Positions 36,234 to 49,653 of a stretch of DNA of 64,000 nt are shown here, piece after piece (the first letter of the stretch is position 1; each line of letters starts with the position of its first letter). The DNA comes from Spongospora subterranea f. sp. subterranea (lineage: Eukaryota), in assembly GCA_049724395.1 (NCBI GenBank), contig JAUGWO010000122.1, positions 1 to 64,000 on the forward strand, given 5' to 3'. A program made the position numbers and the translations under genes. The notes beneath the pieces are model-generated. The model saw only the letters and a program-made list of their open reading frames with translations. It was not told where the DNA came from and made no database searches.

Positions 36234-37836
36234 TCAACTCTTCATTCTCGATCCTTTCACGTGAATCGGCGTCTCTTTTGTTTTGCAATCGGGTTCCAAC
36301 GGTTTGCTCAATTGAGGCAGAATTCTCTTCAAAACCTGTAATTCAAAATGAGCTGATTTCAATAATCTTTGCTCGACGAATACCTCAACCGCATGCCTAT
36401 CAAATGCCCCGTCTTTCGGGAATTCAATCTGCAATCTAATATATAGATTCCCTTTCTGAATAGGGAAATCCTTCTTGGGAAATCCCTCATTGGGGACCAC
36501 AATGCAGTTATCAGAGGAAAGGATTTCCTTACGCGAAGTCTTGACATTCAAAAGGCGTCCATCAAGATGTCTCAACAGCAAAGACGCGCCTTATAAATCG
36601 GTCAATTAGCAACTTTGTACATTGTGCTCTATTCCAAAACCTGTTAAGGCGTCAACTAGGGATATACGATCCGTTATCACCAGGTCATCTTGCACTCGAC
36701 GAAACCGTTCTATTATTTGGGTTTATCTTCGATTATCGTTTGGTCAGTCGTTCAAACATACCGTGCTGAAGCTCATCGATAACGACAACCAGATCGCCAG
36801 GGCGTCTATACGGCAACTATCATCAACAGGTGTGGTCTGAGATTCCTAATGAGGATATAGAAGTGGTGTTCGAACCTGATCTGCTACTCCATTGATGACA
36901 ATTCTATCGCCATGACGGGATCCAGCAGGGATATCGATAGTCACCTGCACAGTTTCGGGTTCGAGCCGCCTTCCACAACAGTATTCACATTTTTGGCTAT
37001 GTGGAACCATGATCCCTAAACCATCGCACGTTGGACATATGATCCGTTTCTCCTCTCGCTGGCGTGGATCATCAGGTCCTTTATCGATTCGCAGCTGAAT
37101 AACATGAGCGCCGAACTGAACGGCTTGTTTAGCACATATCTGACGATCACCAACACCATACTCCATCACATGTCAAACATTCTGTGTCGCTGATTCGAGA
37201 ACGACAACCGGTTCCTCTACAGTAATGGCAGGGTATTTGCCGTTTCAGCTTGATCCGTTTAGAGGCGCCTTTCAAAAGAATCTCTAATGGCAACGCTAGA
37301 TTCATTTCAACCGCAGGTCCTGCCGAACAACAATCAGAAACCCAGGTTGAAATCTTTCAGACAGATCACCTTTCGGGCCGCAATTCGGCGGATTCGGTTG
37401 GGATTGGGTTCTAAACAGATTGAACAGGTTGAATCTGGAAGGGCCAGATACATTAACGTTGGAGTCTCGATGATATCCATCAGAAAACAAGCCTATACTA
37501 ACGCCCTACAGTCCATCCTTAATATTTCAACTCAAACGCGCGTTCCCCCGATGATATCACCTTCATCCCAAATCGATCGTAAATCTGCCGTTTGGATTTA
37601 TTCCTGAGGACGTCATATGCGCGTCTGATGGCCTTGAATTTCTCTTGATCCCCGCCTTTATCTGGATGATGCAATATGGCGAGCTTCCTCCATACGGCCC
37701 CTAAGGTTAGTTCGCGTTAACCACTCCTCCAAACCTGGTTCTGATTCCCCTATTTCCCAGTACCAATCTCTGCTTGAGTGGCGTCGGATTTCACTCCCAG
37801 AACGTCATATAGACAATCGTCGAATGGGACGGTCAT
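36234..37836 (-). CDS. DnaJ/Hsp40 co-chaperone, class A-like (multi-exon)
   Basis: [20 protein letters not shown] domain, CPTCDGLG and CEYCCG Zn motifs, [15 protein letters not shown]-terminus. Confidence 0.92.
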
Positions 37837-38371
37837 TTGTCAATTAATGTGCAACGAGCCAAACAATGACCCTGAATGGTTCTAACCATTGGAGTTGTGA
37901 TTGCAATCAGTCCCTGTGAGGTCTAGGTGTTCACCGGTTATCGATATACAGTATATGCAGCCCATTCTCCAGTCGCTGGGATGATCAGGGTGCAGCCCCT
38001 GGCACCTGTAATCGCCAACCGTCCACCAGAGAGCTGCACTAGGGGGGGTGCCCCTCGCCCGACAGTTGGCCAGGACAAGATTGAAACCCTTGTCGGGGCG
38101 TTGGACAAACCATTTCGTAATCCCTAATGATAAACCTGATAGCTGTATGGACTATCAGCGATGTTCCGTTGCTAGTGTGAGAGTTCAATTTTTTGATGAA
38201 GTTTCCTCATGGTGTATTGATTTGAATCAATTGAAATTACTCGTTTTCTTTATTGACGAATCAGGAAATATCCTGAACTTGGGTATTTGTACCATATTTG
38301 TACAATTGATATCGATCCTGGTACGATGAGCCTGGTGATATGGTAATCGGGTCGTTATCGTGCCCCAATCA

Positions 38372-40884
38372 ATGGTGAAGACAGCCTACGCTCGTCCAAC
38401 ACGGGTTGTAGCGCCAGCTCGGGCATATGATCATGTCTATGATCCCATTTACACAGTCTCGTCGTCGGCCGATCACCAGAAGGCGCTGAGGAAATCCCTG
38501 GTGAGCCGGTTCAGTGATTGTTAGGGGACTTGAATATGGGAATAACCTGTGATGATCTCCAGATCAACTCAATCGAACGGGTTCCGGTATGGAACAACCT
38601 GTTCTCGGAGATTGGCACGTTCCCATCGTGTGGATATCGTATGAGATCGGGTCATCAACCATTGCCATTATCAGTTCATGATGTTGGGGAATCATCTCAG
38701 TTCCATCAGCGCAATTCTCATTTTTCAGTCGATGCGACAGGTTCTCTGGGGATTTCTGGATTTCGAACACATCTCCCGTCTGATCCGTTGAACAATAGGA
38801 AAAGAGAGATACATCTTCTTCAATCGTCCCCTGATCCCGTTCATGCAAGCTGCACCTGCTGAGGTGATCTTATCGCCACAAACCGCCATCAACACCATCG
38901 AGCAGACGCCGGGGCCGAAGACCAGGACGATCGCGACCCAATCGATATTCCGGGAGGAGAGCGCCCAGACCGTTCCCTATGCCCCAGATTATATCGTAGC
39001 GGATCCGGAGAACCCACCAGAGATACTCCATCTGCAGAACTGGCTCCCCAACGACCTGAACAGGATCTCACTCACCGAGATCGAGCTCATTGAGCGCGAC
39101 CAAGCCAGACGAGCATTTCAGGCCGGATTGCCAGAGACGATCACCGATGAGGACTTCATCAAGCGAAATAAGCTACTGCAAGCCCAAGAGATGGAGGTAA
39201 GGACGGTGTCCATGTGCAATATTGACCATTTTCGGGTGATTTGTTGCGGTTCGATTTAGGAATGTGAGTACCGGGAAGCGCAAATAATCGCGTTGGAGAA
39301 GCAGAAGCTGCAAGCGATAATTGACGCAATCCAGGCCCGAGAAGCGGAGCAGAATCAGGAAACTGATAGGAGAATCAAGCTGATCAACGAAAGAAACAAC
39401 GCTAATAAGGTCAGCGTTTTGGACAAGATTCAAAAACGGCGATATAATACAATGAGGAAGATGAACAGGTTCAAACAGTTTCGGAATTTGCCTTCTTCTG
39501 GATCCGCCGCTAATTTCCATGTTTCAGAGCTCGTCTAAACATGCAAAAGAACCTCGCGATCGCAAACGGTTCGAGACATCATCGCTGATTACAGTGATTT
39601 TGGGTCAGCGATCTATGCGCCGTTAGAGAGAGATGGAAAGGTGCCTCCGTTCAAGATGGACGCGTTGGCAGAAAAACAGATTGCCAGCATGGGTAAATCC
39701 TATCAGTCGATCGTTGCACTCGAGACCACGATCCCGTCAAACTGCATGAATGTCGTCATTCAGAAACCGGATAAGGTCTTGACGTGCTTTTATAGTCTAT
39801 CGACACATTTTGCTGATTTGTTTCAAAACCGTCCGAATAGGTGAAAACGAGGTTGTTACGCAGTCGGAAAGGGCAAGCGATTCTAGAAGATATCAAGAAA
39901 ATCGATGGAATCATCACAGCATTGAAATCGAATCCCAATGGGATTCCTGGCGCAGCAGTGCCCTACGAGTCGTCGTCACCATCGCACCCGAAACACGTTG
40001 GCGTGATCCGGCCTGCCACTCCGGTGACCATGGTTCGTGTTGATCCGGCGACCGAGCGCCAGCACAGCAATGCGATCACAATCCAGAGGATAGTACGAGG
40101 GCGAGCGGTGCAGGCTGAATTCCAACGACGAGTTCACGATTCGATTAGCTTGATTCGAGAATTGATGGTGACACCTGTAAGTGGTCTTGGACCCATTGCC
40201 GTAGGATCTGTGTTGTTCTAAGCGTTGCCTAGTCGAACAACCCAGCTGACGTATTGACACGAGAATCAGCAACGGCTTATATAACCGATATGGTCATCGG
40301 TTTTGTATTATCTCAATCGTCGTCAGCTCTGCGCACCGATTTCAATGCTCATCAGCAGCTGACGGCGATGCAAGCATTGATAGATAGGGCGCAGCCGATT
40401 CGGCTAAGACGTGAGGCGGAACAAGCGGGCCTTCGTCAAAAGGCGTTCGCTGCTCGTGGCAAGCAGCATCAATGGACGCAGCAGGTTGAAGAAATCATCA
40501 GCTGGTCGGCAACGTCGTTGCTAGATGACATATTACAAGAGATGTCATCGGAAGGTCTTATCAATTGACATATGTTGGACCTGTCAGTCATTGTGGGATT
40601 TAGGAACGGATTTGAACAAAACAGTTGTCCCCGATCTATCATCTTCTTCCACATCGGACTCTTCGATCGTTATAGATTGCATTGCCAATGTCATTCTTCC
40701 TACTGTCGACAGTCGATTATCCGAGCGTGAAGGTAAAGGACATGAAATTTGCAGATTTGAGTGGTCCTGACCGATTTGCGTTCGTTCCGTAATAGCCGAT
40801 ATTCGTTCTGTCGTCTCACTGACAGCTGTGCATGATACTCTGGTGTCTGCTTTTACTGCAGCCGCACAGGCAACACTAGAGTAA
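38372..40884 (+). CDS. CFAP91: Cilia- and flagella-associated protein 91 (MAATS1/AAT-1) homologue (multi-exon)
   Basis: RAYDHVYDPIYTVS, TQSIFREESAQTVPYAPDY, RDIIADYSDFGSAIYAPL, IQ motif AITIQRIVRGRAVQ, RREAEQAGLRQ. Confidence 0.85.
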
Positions 40885-40953
40885 ACACAGGGGAACAACC
40901 ATCCCTGTGCAAATGGACTTCATTAAAAATTATTATGGGCGATTATCGTAAGT

Positions 40954-43900
40954 TTATAGCAAATCATTGAACGAAACCACCATCTTTTCAAATAGCACTC
41001 GTAGCCGATTATATAATGGATCTAGATCCGCGCTTTTCCTTTCCTTGAAGGCGTTTAACCCTTGTCGTAGAAGGACAATTTGAGTCTCCATAGCTGTCTT
41101 CAGGGAGTTCTGCGAATCTTGTTTTCCTTCGATGACGCTGTGGAAGAATGCGTCGATGTACTTCTTCGATCCACCGTTGACGGCTGCATCAATTATACCG
41201 TTCAGCTGCATGGTCAAAGGGCCTACATCAATTGGCAAATCATGTGGTCCAAAAGGCTTGTTAACTGATGTGATGACATCGTGCAACTCTCGATTCTTCT
41301 TTACGATCGTCTCACATGCCTATTCATGTAAATTAGCGGATGCAACAATCATGAAACTGAAAACGAATCACCGAATCTATAGGATGAACGTCAATCGAAC
41401 CACTCTCAACGATTTTCAGCCGCCGTCTTGTGCAAGGAAATGCTTCTTCTGTCCTAATGTATGTTTTCTTAACCCATAAATCTTTGAATTCGTTGCATAA
41501 TTCCCCCTGTAGATGGAATTAGGAGTAGCTTAGACAGGTATAATTTGGAGCGGACCTGCAAGGCTCGGCTTTCGGTTTGACAAAAAACAAACCATGAAAG
41601 GTTATCATTGAGTTGGTATTTTTGCATTTGACAAGGAACCTGTTACACTAATCAGACATTCAGCGATTCACCATAGAGGAAGTATACGTTTGACAGATTA
41701 AGATCGTTCTGGGAAATTCCTTGATACTCGTCAAAACTTGCGATTGTTAGCATTGTGATTGTGATAACTAGCTCATTTTGGTCGATGTCCGACGGTGGAG
41801 GATCTTTGTTGCTCATGATTATGCGAGCATCAGTGTGCTTGGAACGAATTCTCTCGGTGAAATCCATTATTGATTCGAGTTTCATACCTCGGAATACATA
41901 TTCCAGCGGTGGATTACTGACATTGATGGTGAGTTATTATTGCAATTCCTTATCGTAATCGAACCTTTTCGAATAATAAACAACACGAAAGTACGACGGA
42001 AAAAATCGCGGTTCGGTGATTATCTTGCGAAATAGTAATGCCTGTCTTTCGAGCACGTCTGATAACTTTAGATAATCGAAGCTAGAATGTTGGTAGTGCT
42101 GACGGAGGTCTTCACAAGCCTGACAACCCAGAGCAAATCAGTCGCCGTGTCCTAAACTACAAAAGGTTATTACCTCAATGGATTTCTCCCAAAGCTCAGC
42201 GTGATCAAAATGGTCTATGAGCCTTAAATAAAGCAACTCTTTGCGGGCGGATTCTGTCTCTTTACTTGTATCACATAGTCCTGACGATATTTCCCAGCTG
42301 GAAACTGGGACATCTACCCAATCTAGGAGTTTGAGTTGTTTCAAGGCAGCGTTACCTGCTTCGGCAAAAGCTCCCAGAGAAACGTTCAGGTCAATGAGAT
42401 AGGTATAATACCTAAGGAGCCTGTTAAATAACGGGGTTGAAACAGAAAATGAGTCCGAAACAACCGATAAAGCATGGCCTTGCGACGCCCAGCATTAGAA
42501 TCAGACATGAGAAAATCGAGCAGTTGATTAACAACATTGGCACGCTCATGTTCAAATGTGTCGGTTTTGGGAATACGAAGAAGACCCTGCATGAGGTTGT
42601 AAAACGTTGAGAGATGGCATAGAAATTCTTGAACAGCACATTGAAGGCTGGATGATGAAGATGCCAAACGTCGACGTAGCGAAGAATCCAGCAGCTTTTC
42701 AATCATCATTAGTAGAGCATATAAAGAAGAAAAAGAGAGTCACCTCAACAAACTTTTGGGCATCATCTTGGGAATCGTTAGCTAAAACGTCCAGTGCGTC
42801 AACGGTAAACCGGTTAATCGCAGATAAACCTCCACTGCGGGCGTACTCCTCCTCCAGAAGATCAGCAAACATATCGATGGCAAGATCATGCGATGGACAG
42901 TTTTCTGATCATTGCAGATGAGTCATCACATGAAAACAGTATGCAGCAATTACCGTTAGAATTAGCATCCCGTGAAAGAGGAACTAACAAGTTTGAGCAG
43001 AAAAAGTGAGATATCGCACTATAATCAGCAATTGATGCCCACGCCTGACGAATAATGGACCGTATTGATGAGGGCAGAACACGGTTGTCTAGGAATTCAG
43101 TTTTTGCCTGAAATCGACTAAGTTACGAATCACAGAGGTGCGTAGATATGTTCAATACTTCCGATAGATTTTGAAGGTCTTTATGTCCTTGAAACAGGAC
43201 ACATACATGAAAAAACGACTGAATTACAGGCTGACGAAGTTGTCCAACGTGCGATGATATCGATTGTAAAATACGAGCAAAAATGCACAGTTCCCAGCAG
43301 TCAAGAACAATCCACATTGAGGGATAAACCCTGTGTAGCAGGGAACTCTCGCATACGGACACTAGTTCGCGCGTTATCTCATCGTCCGCAACGATCAAGT
43401 TCGTTAACTTATCATCGTCCATATAATGGATGATGATATACAATAACGAAATAGAATCGATGGGTAAGTCAATGGAATACATTTGATGAACCTGTTGTGA
43501 AGGCATTAAATCTTCCTGCGACTGAATACGCCGAACAAGAAGAAGCAACGGGTGCAGCAACTTATTAAAAGGGAGAAGATTAGCAGCAGGGTTTTCAGGG
43601 AACCCTGACACGACATTACTAATACACTCGCAGAAGCAGATTCGGTATTACCTATTTGAATTATGCGAATGAGGTCCGATAAAATTCCAATTGACAAATA
43701 AGCTTCGTCATTGGAACTGGAAAGATGAAACTGCAAAGAATCAATCACATTAGATTGAATTATTGACCACCAGTGTGCCTGAATAGTGAGTTACATGGGG
43801 TCGGCCAAAAATTCGAGACATCAATTACTGAACTTGTCGACCAATAACAGATTGTGCAATGCTGCCAATCATTCTCAGTTTGTAAATGTAAAGTTTGGCA

Positions 43901-46900
43901 TTGTCGGCATGATGGGGAACGGCGTTCAAGATGTTTAAGCAAATCTGGCCTAACACTTCAGGCGAAAAGACGATTGACAGGTCATCAAAGGTCGTATAGA
44001 ACGATCGCAATAAAAAGGCCTTGCACCCAATTAAAGGATCCTTCGGCCCCACTGCATTAAAACCAAACGTTAATCTATGCAAGACGATAATCTCATGGGT
44101 GGCGACCTCGCAAAGTGAAAAGCGCCGTCACATCTTCAAGCAGCTCCATCAGCCTATCCTTGAAAGTTTGGGAATGAAGGGCTTCGGAACACTGAGCAGA
44201 TTTGATAATAAATTTGAGGACATGTTGAAAACACTTGCACAGTAAAGTCAGCTGTTTGAACATGGCGGAGTCAGAGCTCGTATGGTGAACGGCCGCGTAA
44301 ACTAAGGCTTGGCGAGCGTTAGAAATTAAATATAGATAAACATCGGGTACGGTGAAAACATCGGCAATGTATAAGTCTACAGTGCTGCCCACAGCACACA
44401 TTTTGGTTGTTAATTGGTCGACAGTGTGAAGGAGTCCTGAAAAAGCCAGCACCGAAATTTCGTCAACGTGATGCATAGCGCAGAGTATCGCGAACAGGCC
44501 ATCAAACGTTTCTTTGATATATTTCGCTAGCTCCGTCCCTTTGAAGCCATTGAATTTAGCTGCTCATTGACAAAACTGGTCAGTCCTTACCAGAAGTCAT
44601 GGTGATTTTGGTGATCATTGACCTAAGCTGGGAGGTATCCAATTGCCTCCAGTTGAACAGGGAATGAAGCGAATCTAACTGTGTCATCGTAACAGAGGAT
44701 AATTGAGTTTCAACAAAGATTTCCTCCTTTCGTTTTGTGATGGCGATCTGCGATTGCTGTCTGAAAGAGTCCGTCTTGTAATGAGCGCTGGCACTAAGAT
44801 ATTGGGGTGGGAGAGCTGAATTAGGTTGACCCAGGTTCTTAATGGGCTTATAACATGGCAAAGCATGAATACCGTCGGTGATGACAGCACCACTAGGGCA
44901 AGTAAGCGGCAAGAAACTGAACGAGCACAATTGGTTTTTGTCAGGACTCGACGAAACGTGCCAAATAGTAAATAACAAATGGCATTGTGTGAAGATCTGT
45001 TTCGATATAGACAATTTCAGTGTCTCAGAGAATGTAGGATTGTTGGTGTGGTAGAAAACCGTGCTGCAATATTCAGTGACAGGCGAAACCGTGGGTCCTG
45101 CTCCGCGATATATGCAATTAGGAACCAAGTAGCCTGTCCCCGTGAACACTTGAACGCGAATCTCGATGTTTTTCGAGCTTTTCTTTTTATCCTGAATGAA
45201 ATCTCCTCCCCGCAACATAACGTAAAAATCGTTTCTGTCAGAACCAGGATGAAGGTTCGGCGACAAAGTCAGCATTTCGATACTGAACCCTTGAGTCTGA
45301 ACAGCAGATATGAACATTGGTGATCGGTGTAGCGTCTGACAACTAACCGAAGGTGCACTCATGAGTCCTAATTTGAGGCCGATAGCGAATCCCTTCGCTT
45401 GCGGAACAACCTCAATGTTAGACGATCCTCGGATGACTAGGTTATGGAGTGAAGTGAATTGCAGAGGATCCTTTGCGCGATAAATAACCAAATGTGGCGG
45501 TGCAACCCATTGTTCTAACTGTTCGAATATTGGGCTGAAACACAGCAGCTTCAGTACTGCACACCCAAAAGGCCTTCGATAGTTCTGTTGTTGCTTCTGC
45601 TTCTTCTGAAGCATCTTGATTCCTGTTCGAAGTTGCCCAATACGAAAAATCTGGCAAACAAGGTATATATCGTCTTCGAAAACACTACTTTCTAAGCTTC
45701 GAAACTCAGCTCGCAATTTGCCTGCAAAAGTAATGAACGTAAGCATCATGACATGTACGAAATCAAGTAATAAACTACCAAGTAGATTGATATCTTCAGG
45801 CATTCCCGATGCAGTAAGTTCGATTACATATTCTTCCCTGAAGCGGTCACTATTAGACAGAATGTTTGCGAGTATTTTACGTTACACACGTACGTCAGAA
45901 ACTGTTGTCGGGCAAAAGAAAATAGCGAGAAAAACACATGTGTTGGTTCGCCAACAGAGAAAATGCAGGCCTTGACGTCAAGATGAAGGGACATGACTGC
46001 CTTGGGCAAAATAGAGCCAATGTTGACCGCATTCTTTTCCGTTGAAGATTTTCGACCCTTAAATACACGATTGCGCATCTCTGAACGACGTGCATCAGCT
46101 TTTTGCTGCCATAGGGATGATGACTCTTTTTGGATTAACGAATACATATCGCGATGCAAAGAAAGCAGAACTTGGATTGGGGTATTTTCGACATTGGCAA
46201 CAACGTGATTCGGCGTGCGAGGGCACATATACCCTTTGTCTTTCCTTCGGCAGCTTTCCATCAGCCCAATGATCTCGTTTCCTAAAGGTCGTTAGAACTA
46301 ACTTTGGAACCGTGCCATTCTTACTTGTAGATTCTTTCAGCGCGCTATCAACCGTAGAATCCGAAATTACGCGACGCATTGTTAAGATCTGGGCAAGTCT
46401 TTCAGTCATTTCGTGATGCTCGGGTAGTTTTCCATTTGCCAGTAACTCCCGTATTTGAAGCTCAAATCCTGGTAGAGCCTGTGCATAACTAAACTGAAGA
46501 CAAAGATTGTGAGAGGAGAGTTTGGTCGCACCGTATTGATCTCGTTTGTGAACGACATTGTTTCAGAGCGTTCTCTTGTTGGTACGGAGAAATCGTATTG
46601 TTCGGATTCTATAATAGACGTTGAATCTTCGACGCGTTCTGCAAGCACAACGGTTTCGTCGCTGCGAGGACTATGAGACATCTCTTTCTCAACATCGCCA
46701 TCATTTGATAAAACAACGTTATTTGTTTCAAGATGGCATTCTTCATGGCAAAGGTAGCTGTCTGATATTTCTTTACCATCGGCGTTAGTAAGCGATGAAG
46801 CAAGATTTACAGAAATAGGCTCCTCAACGCTATGATGAACATCTGACGTTTCATTATCGTCAGTATCACAGAAGAAAGAGACAAGTTCGCCGGAACGACC

Positions 46901-47419
46901 AGGTTGAGGTTCCTCGCGAATTAAAGTATTTTTCTTTGTTATGGTTCCCAGTGAACGCTCATCCGTGGCATTTTCCTGCAGATGAAAAATATAGTTTAAT
47001 GAGCTGGATCTCATGAATGTTCAACGCACAGCTCACCAGATTTCGAACCCTATTATCATGCACAGCAGAAGTTTTAGCAACTTGCTTAACAACAATTACT
47101 GCTTCATGTTGGTTACGATCGGATAGAGTTTCGACATCTTCTGGTTTGTCGAGATAACCATCGTCCCGAAGGTTGACGTAAGAGGCAGGGAATATTCCTT
47201 GCAATTGACCATGCGACTTAGAAAACACTGTACCGCGGTACCATCCACCTTGTTCGAAATCAACATAAACTTCGTCACCTTCTAAAAGCGATATCTGATA
47301 GACGCCATCGGCGTTGAATGGATAGATGGCTGCATGACAACAATGTCAAACACAGCTTTTGATTAGCATTCTCAATTCCAACCTGTCCCGTTCCGACCGA
47401 CATTGGTCCATAAATTCAT
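40954..47419 (-). CDS. DOCK-family guanine-nucleotide exchange factor with N-terminal SH3, C2 (DHR-1) and DHR-2 (multi-exon)
   Basis: SH3 (AIYPF..GWYRG..GIFPASYV), YRRPFGCAV, RNDFYVML..KNIE..STVFYHTNNPTFSETLK, LTMQLNGIIDAAVNGG. Confidence 0.95.
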
Positions 47420-47994
47420 TGGGATCCAGGTAGGATCAAACTCAGCACATTAAACGAAATTGGTGTGGCCTCGTGGCGACAGAGGGACGGGGTCACCTCA
47501 CCTTTATAGCGAAAGGCACTTCACCAGTCTACGGAGGAACCCCAAAAGGGCGCCGCCGGGTGAAGCTCCAGCACTCAGCAGTCAGTGTTGCCTGTCGGCT
47601 GTCGTCCGTCGCCTCAGCCTGTGCGGCATTGACTTGTACTTGTACTATAGAGTGTCAGGACCTTGCAGCGATGACGGCAATGCAACGTAGTAAAACCGGT
47701 CGAATGTGCTTTTGATAGAGTGAAAATCAACCGAAATTGCAGGACTACTGCATCCGAAAAATTGCCGACTAAAAATGTTCGGATCTTACTATGTGACACA
47801 AATTGTTGAAACTGACGAAAAAATATAGCTGTGTGCATAATGAACCGCCCGACGAATGTTCGGCCAAAACAATTGCTTTATTTCCCAGGTCAATCCTTGA
47901 TGTATTGTTACTCGCTGGTCTTGGGTCGTACGGAGCTATGGTGATCTCTTCTCCGCACTGATCGCTGCGCTTGGTCGTACCGTCGTTGTATCAC

Positions 47995-49059
47995 ATGGAA
48001 TTCGGCTGTGCCGCTGGTCCAGGTCTTGTTCTATCTTGTGTCTGGATAGAATGCCTTCTTTCATGTCTAAGCTATATACTGATGTTCATAGCTAGCGATA
48101 AAGTGGCTTCAGGTCACCTTCTGCTGCTATTCCCTCCCATGGTCTTTACTTCCATTGTTTTGCACAGTTTTCTACAAAAATTATATGCACTTCAATTCTA
48201 TTGATCGGTCCCAATTCAAGTCAAATATTGGGTCTCTAATCAATTCGATAGTGTCATTCATAGCCATCGTTCACATGGTATATGCCGATCACATCACTCT
48301 TGCATCTCAGGGTATAGTTCAGGAAAATTATTGTTGCTGTAGTGATATTTGTCAACAGATCCCGTACATTTTTATCCCCATTTGCTATCATACTATGGGC
48401 CGATGACTCTTGGGTTCTACATATTCGACTTTCTTGTAAGACTAGCGTATCAGATAGAGTTATCAAACAGGGTTGAAGTCGTAGTTACGTCATCTGGAAA
48501 AACAGCTCCTAATGCGTCGTTATCGCCGCTCATTACCCCTTTTTGTCATTGCTTCATAATTGCTTATTCCCTACAAACCAAACTGTTCGGCATATATGGT
48601 GAGATGTGTAGTCTCTATCGCAGTAATTGTTTCACTTATTTTGTTGATGATAGGGGTTTTCACTGCAGTGATGTCGGTTCAACAAATATTTTATTCCGGT
48701 AACTTTCGAAACTCATATTATGTTATCTTTTGCTGATTTTCGTTATGTTTGTTTCTCTAGCGACAGTGCTGCTCCGCTTCCGGTTGCAATCGGCGTCCGA
48801 GAAGAATCTTTTTTTCCGCGTTACAAACGTGCTTCAGTACATCACGTTCCCAATCTTACGCTGGATTTCGGGCCCTTACTCAGCGTACCTGATTTACGCG
48901 AACCTTGAGGAATTCTTAGCCTTCATGTCGTGGCCCGCTTTAGCGATTTATGCCTACGTGATTGCCCATGAGAATTTATTCACTATTTTATTCGGTTTGC
49001 GCGCCATCCTATTCATCGTTAAACCTGATTTTCTGCAACGCCCATCCAATATGGATTAA
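47995..49059 (+). CDS. Multi-pass membrane protein, probably TLC (TRAM/LAG1/CLN8) domain; start uncertain
   Basis: SLINSIVS, TLGFYIFDFL, F..LRW pattern and several hydrophobic helices across spliced ORFs. Confidence 0.55.
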
Positions 49060-49139
49060 TACAAACGACAATTAATAACAGGATGTGGATGGGTTGAGCT
49101 CAGGTGGAATGTGTTACACTGTGCCCTGTTTGTCATACT

Positions 49140-49338
49140 GTAAAGTGGTAACCGTATCCCATGAGTAAAGTGGTAACCGTATTCCATAAGTAAAGTGGTA
49201 ACCGTATCCCATGAGTAAAGTGGTAACCGTATTCCATAAGTAAAGTGGTAACCGTATCCCATGAGTAAAGTGGTAACCGTATTCCATAAGTAAAGTGGTA
49301 ACCGTATCCCATGAGTAAAGTGGTAACCGTATCCCATG
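49140..49338. repeat. 25-bp minisatellite, 8 copies, alternating variants (ABABABAA)
   Basis: A = taaagtggtaaccgtatcccatgag, B = taaagtggtaaccgtattccataag. Confidence 0.97.
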
Positions 49339-49653
49339 TGGTAACAGGATCTTGCTGCTCTGCCTCGCTGTCGTGTGCATCACCCCAGTTCTATTCACCT
49401 CATAACTCGAAATGAATGCTGAACAGGGTGTCGAGATGCAATTCAACACACGAGTGCGTCCAAGGCCGATCGATATATCTGGCGGGGTTCGCCATGTCAT
49501 GCTTCGAAATTGGGTTGTTGAACGTTGAAAAAGGAAATGTGTTGGATATTCTGTGTGACGCAAAGCTAATGCCGAAACCAAATTGTCGTCAAAAGTTCAG
49601 TGATCATTACCCCCAGAACTTGCATAGCCGAATTTTATTTATCAATGTCGATG

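Noticed and set aside
49056..49581. Minus-strand ORFs with repeated HGIRLPLY
   Set aside because: Translation of the 25-bp minisatellite
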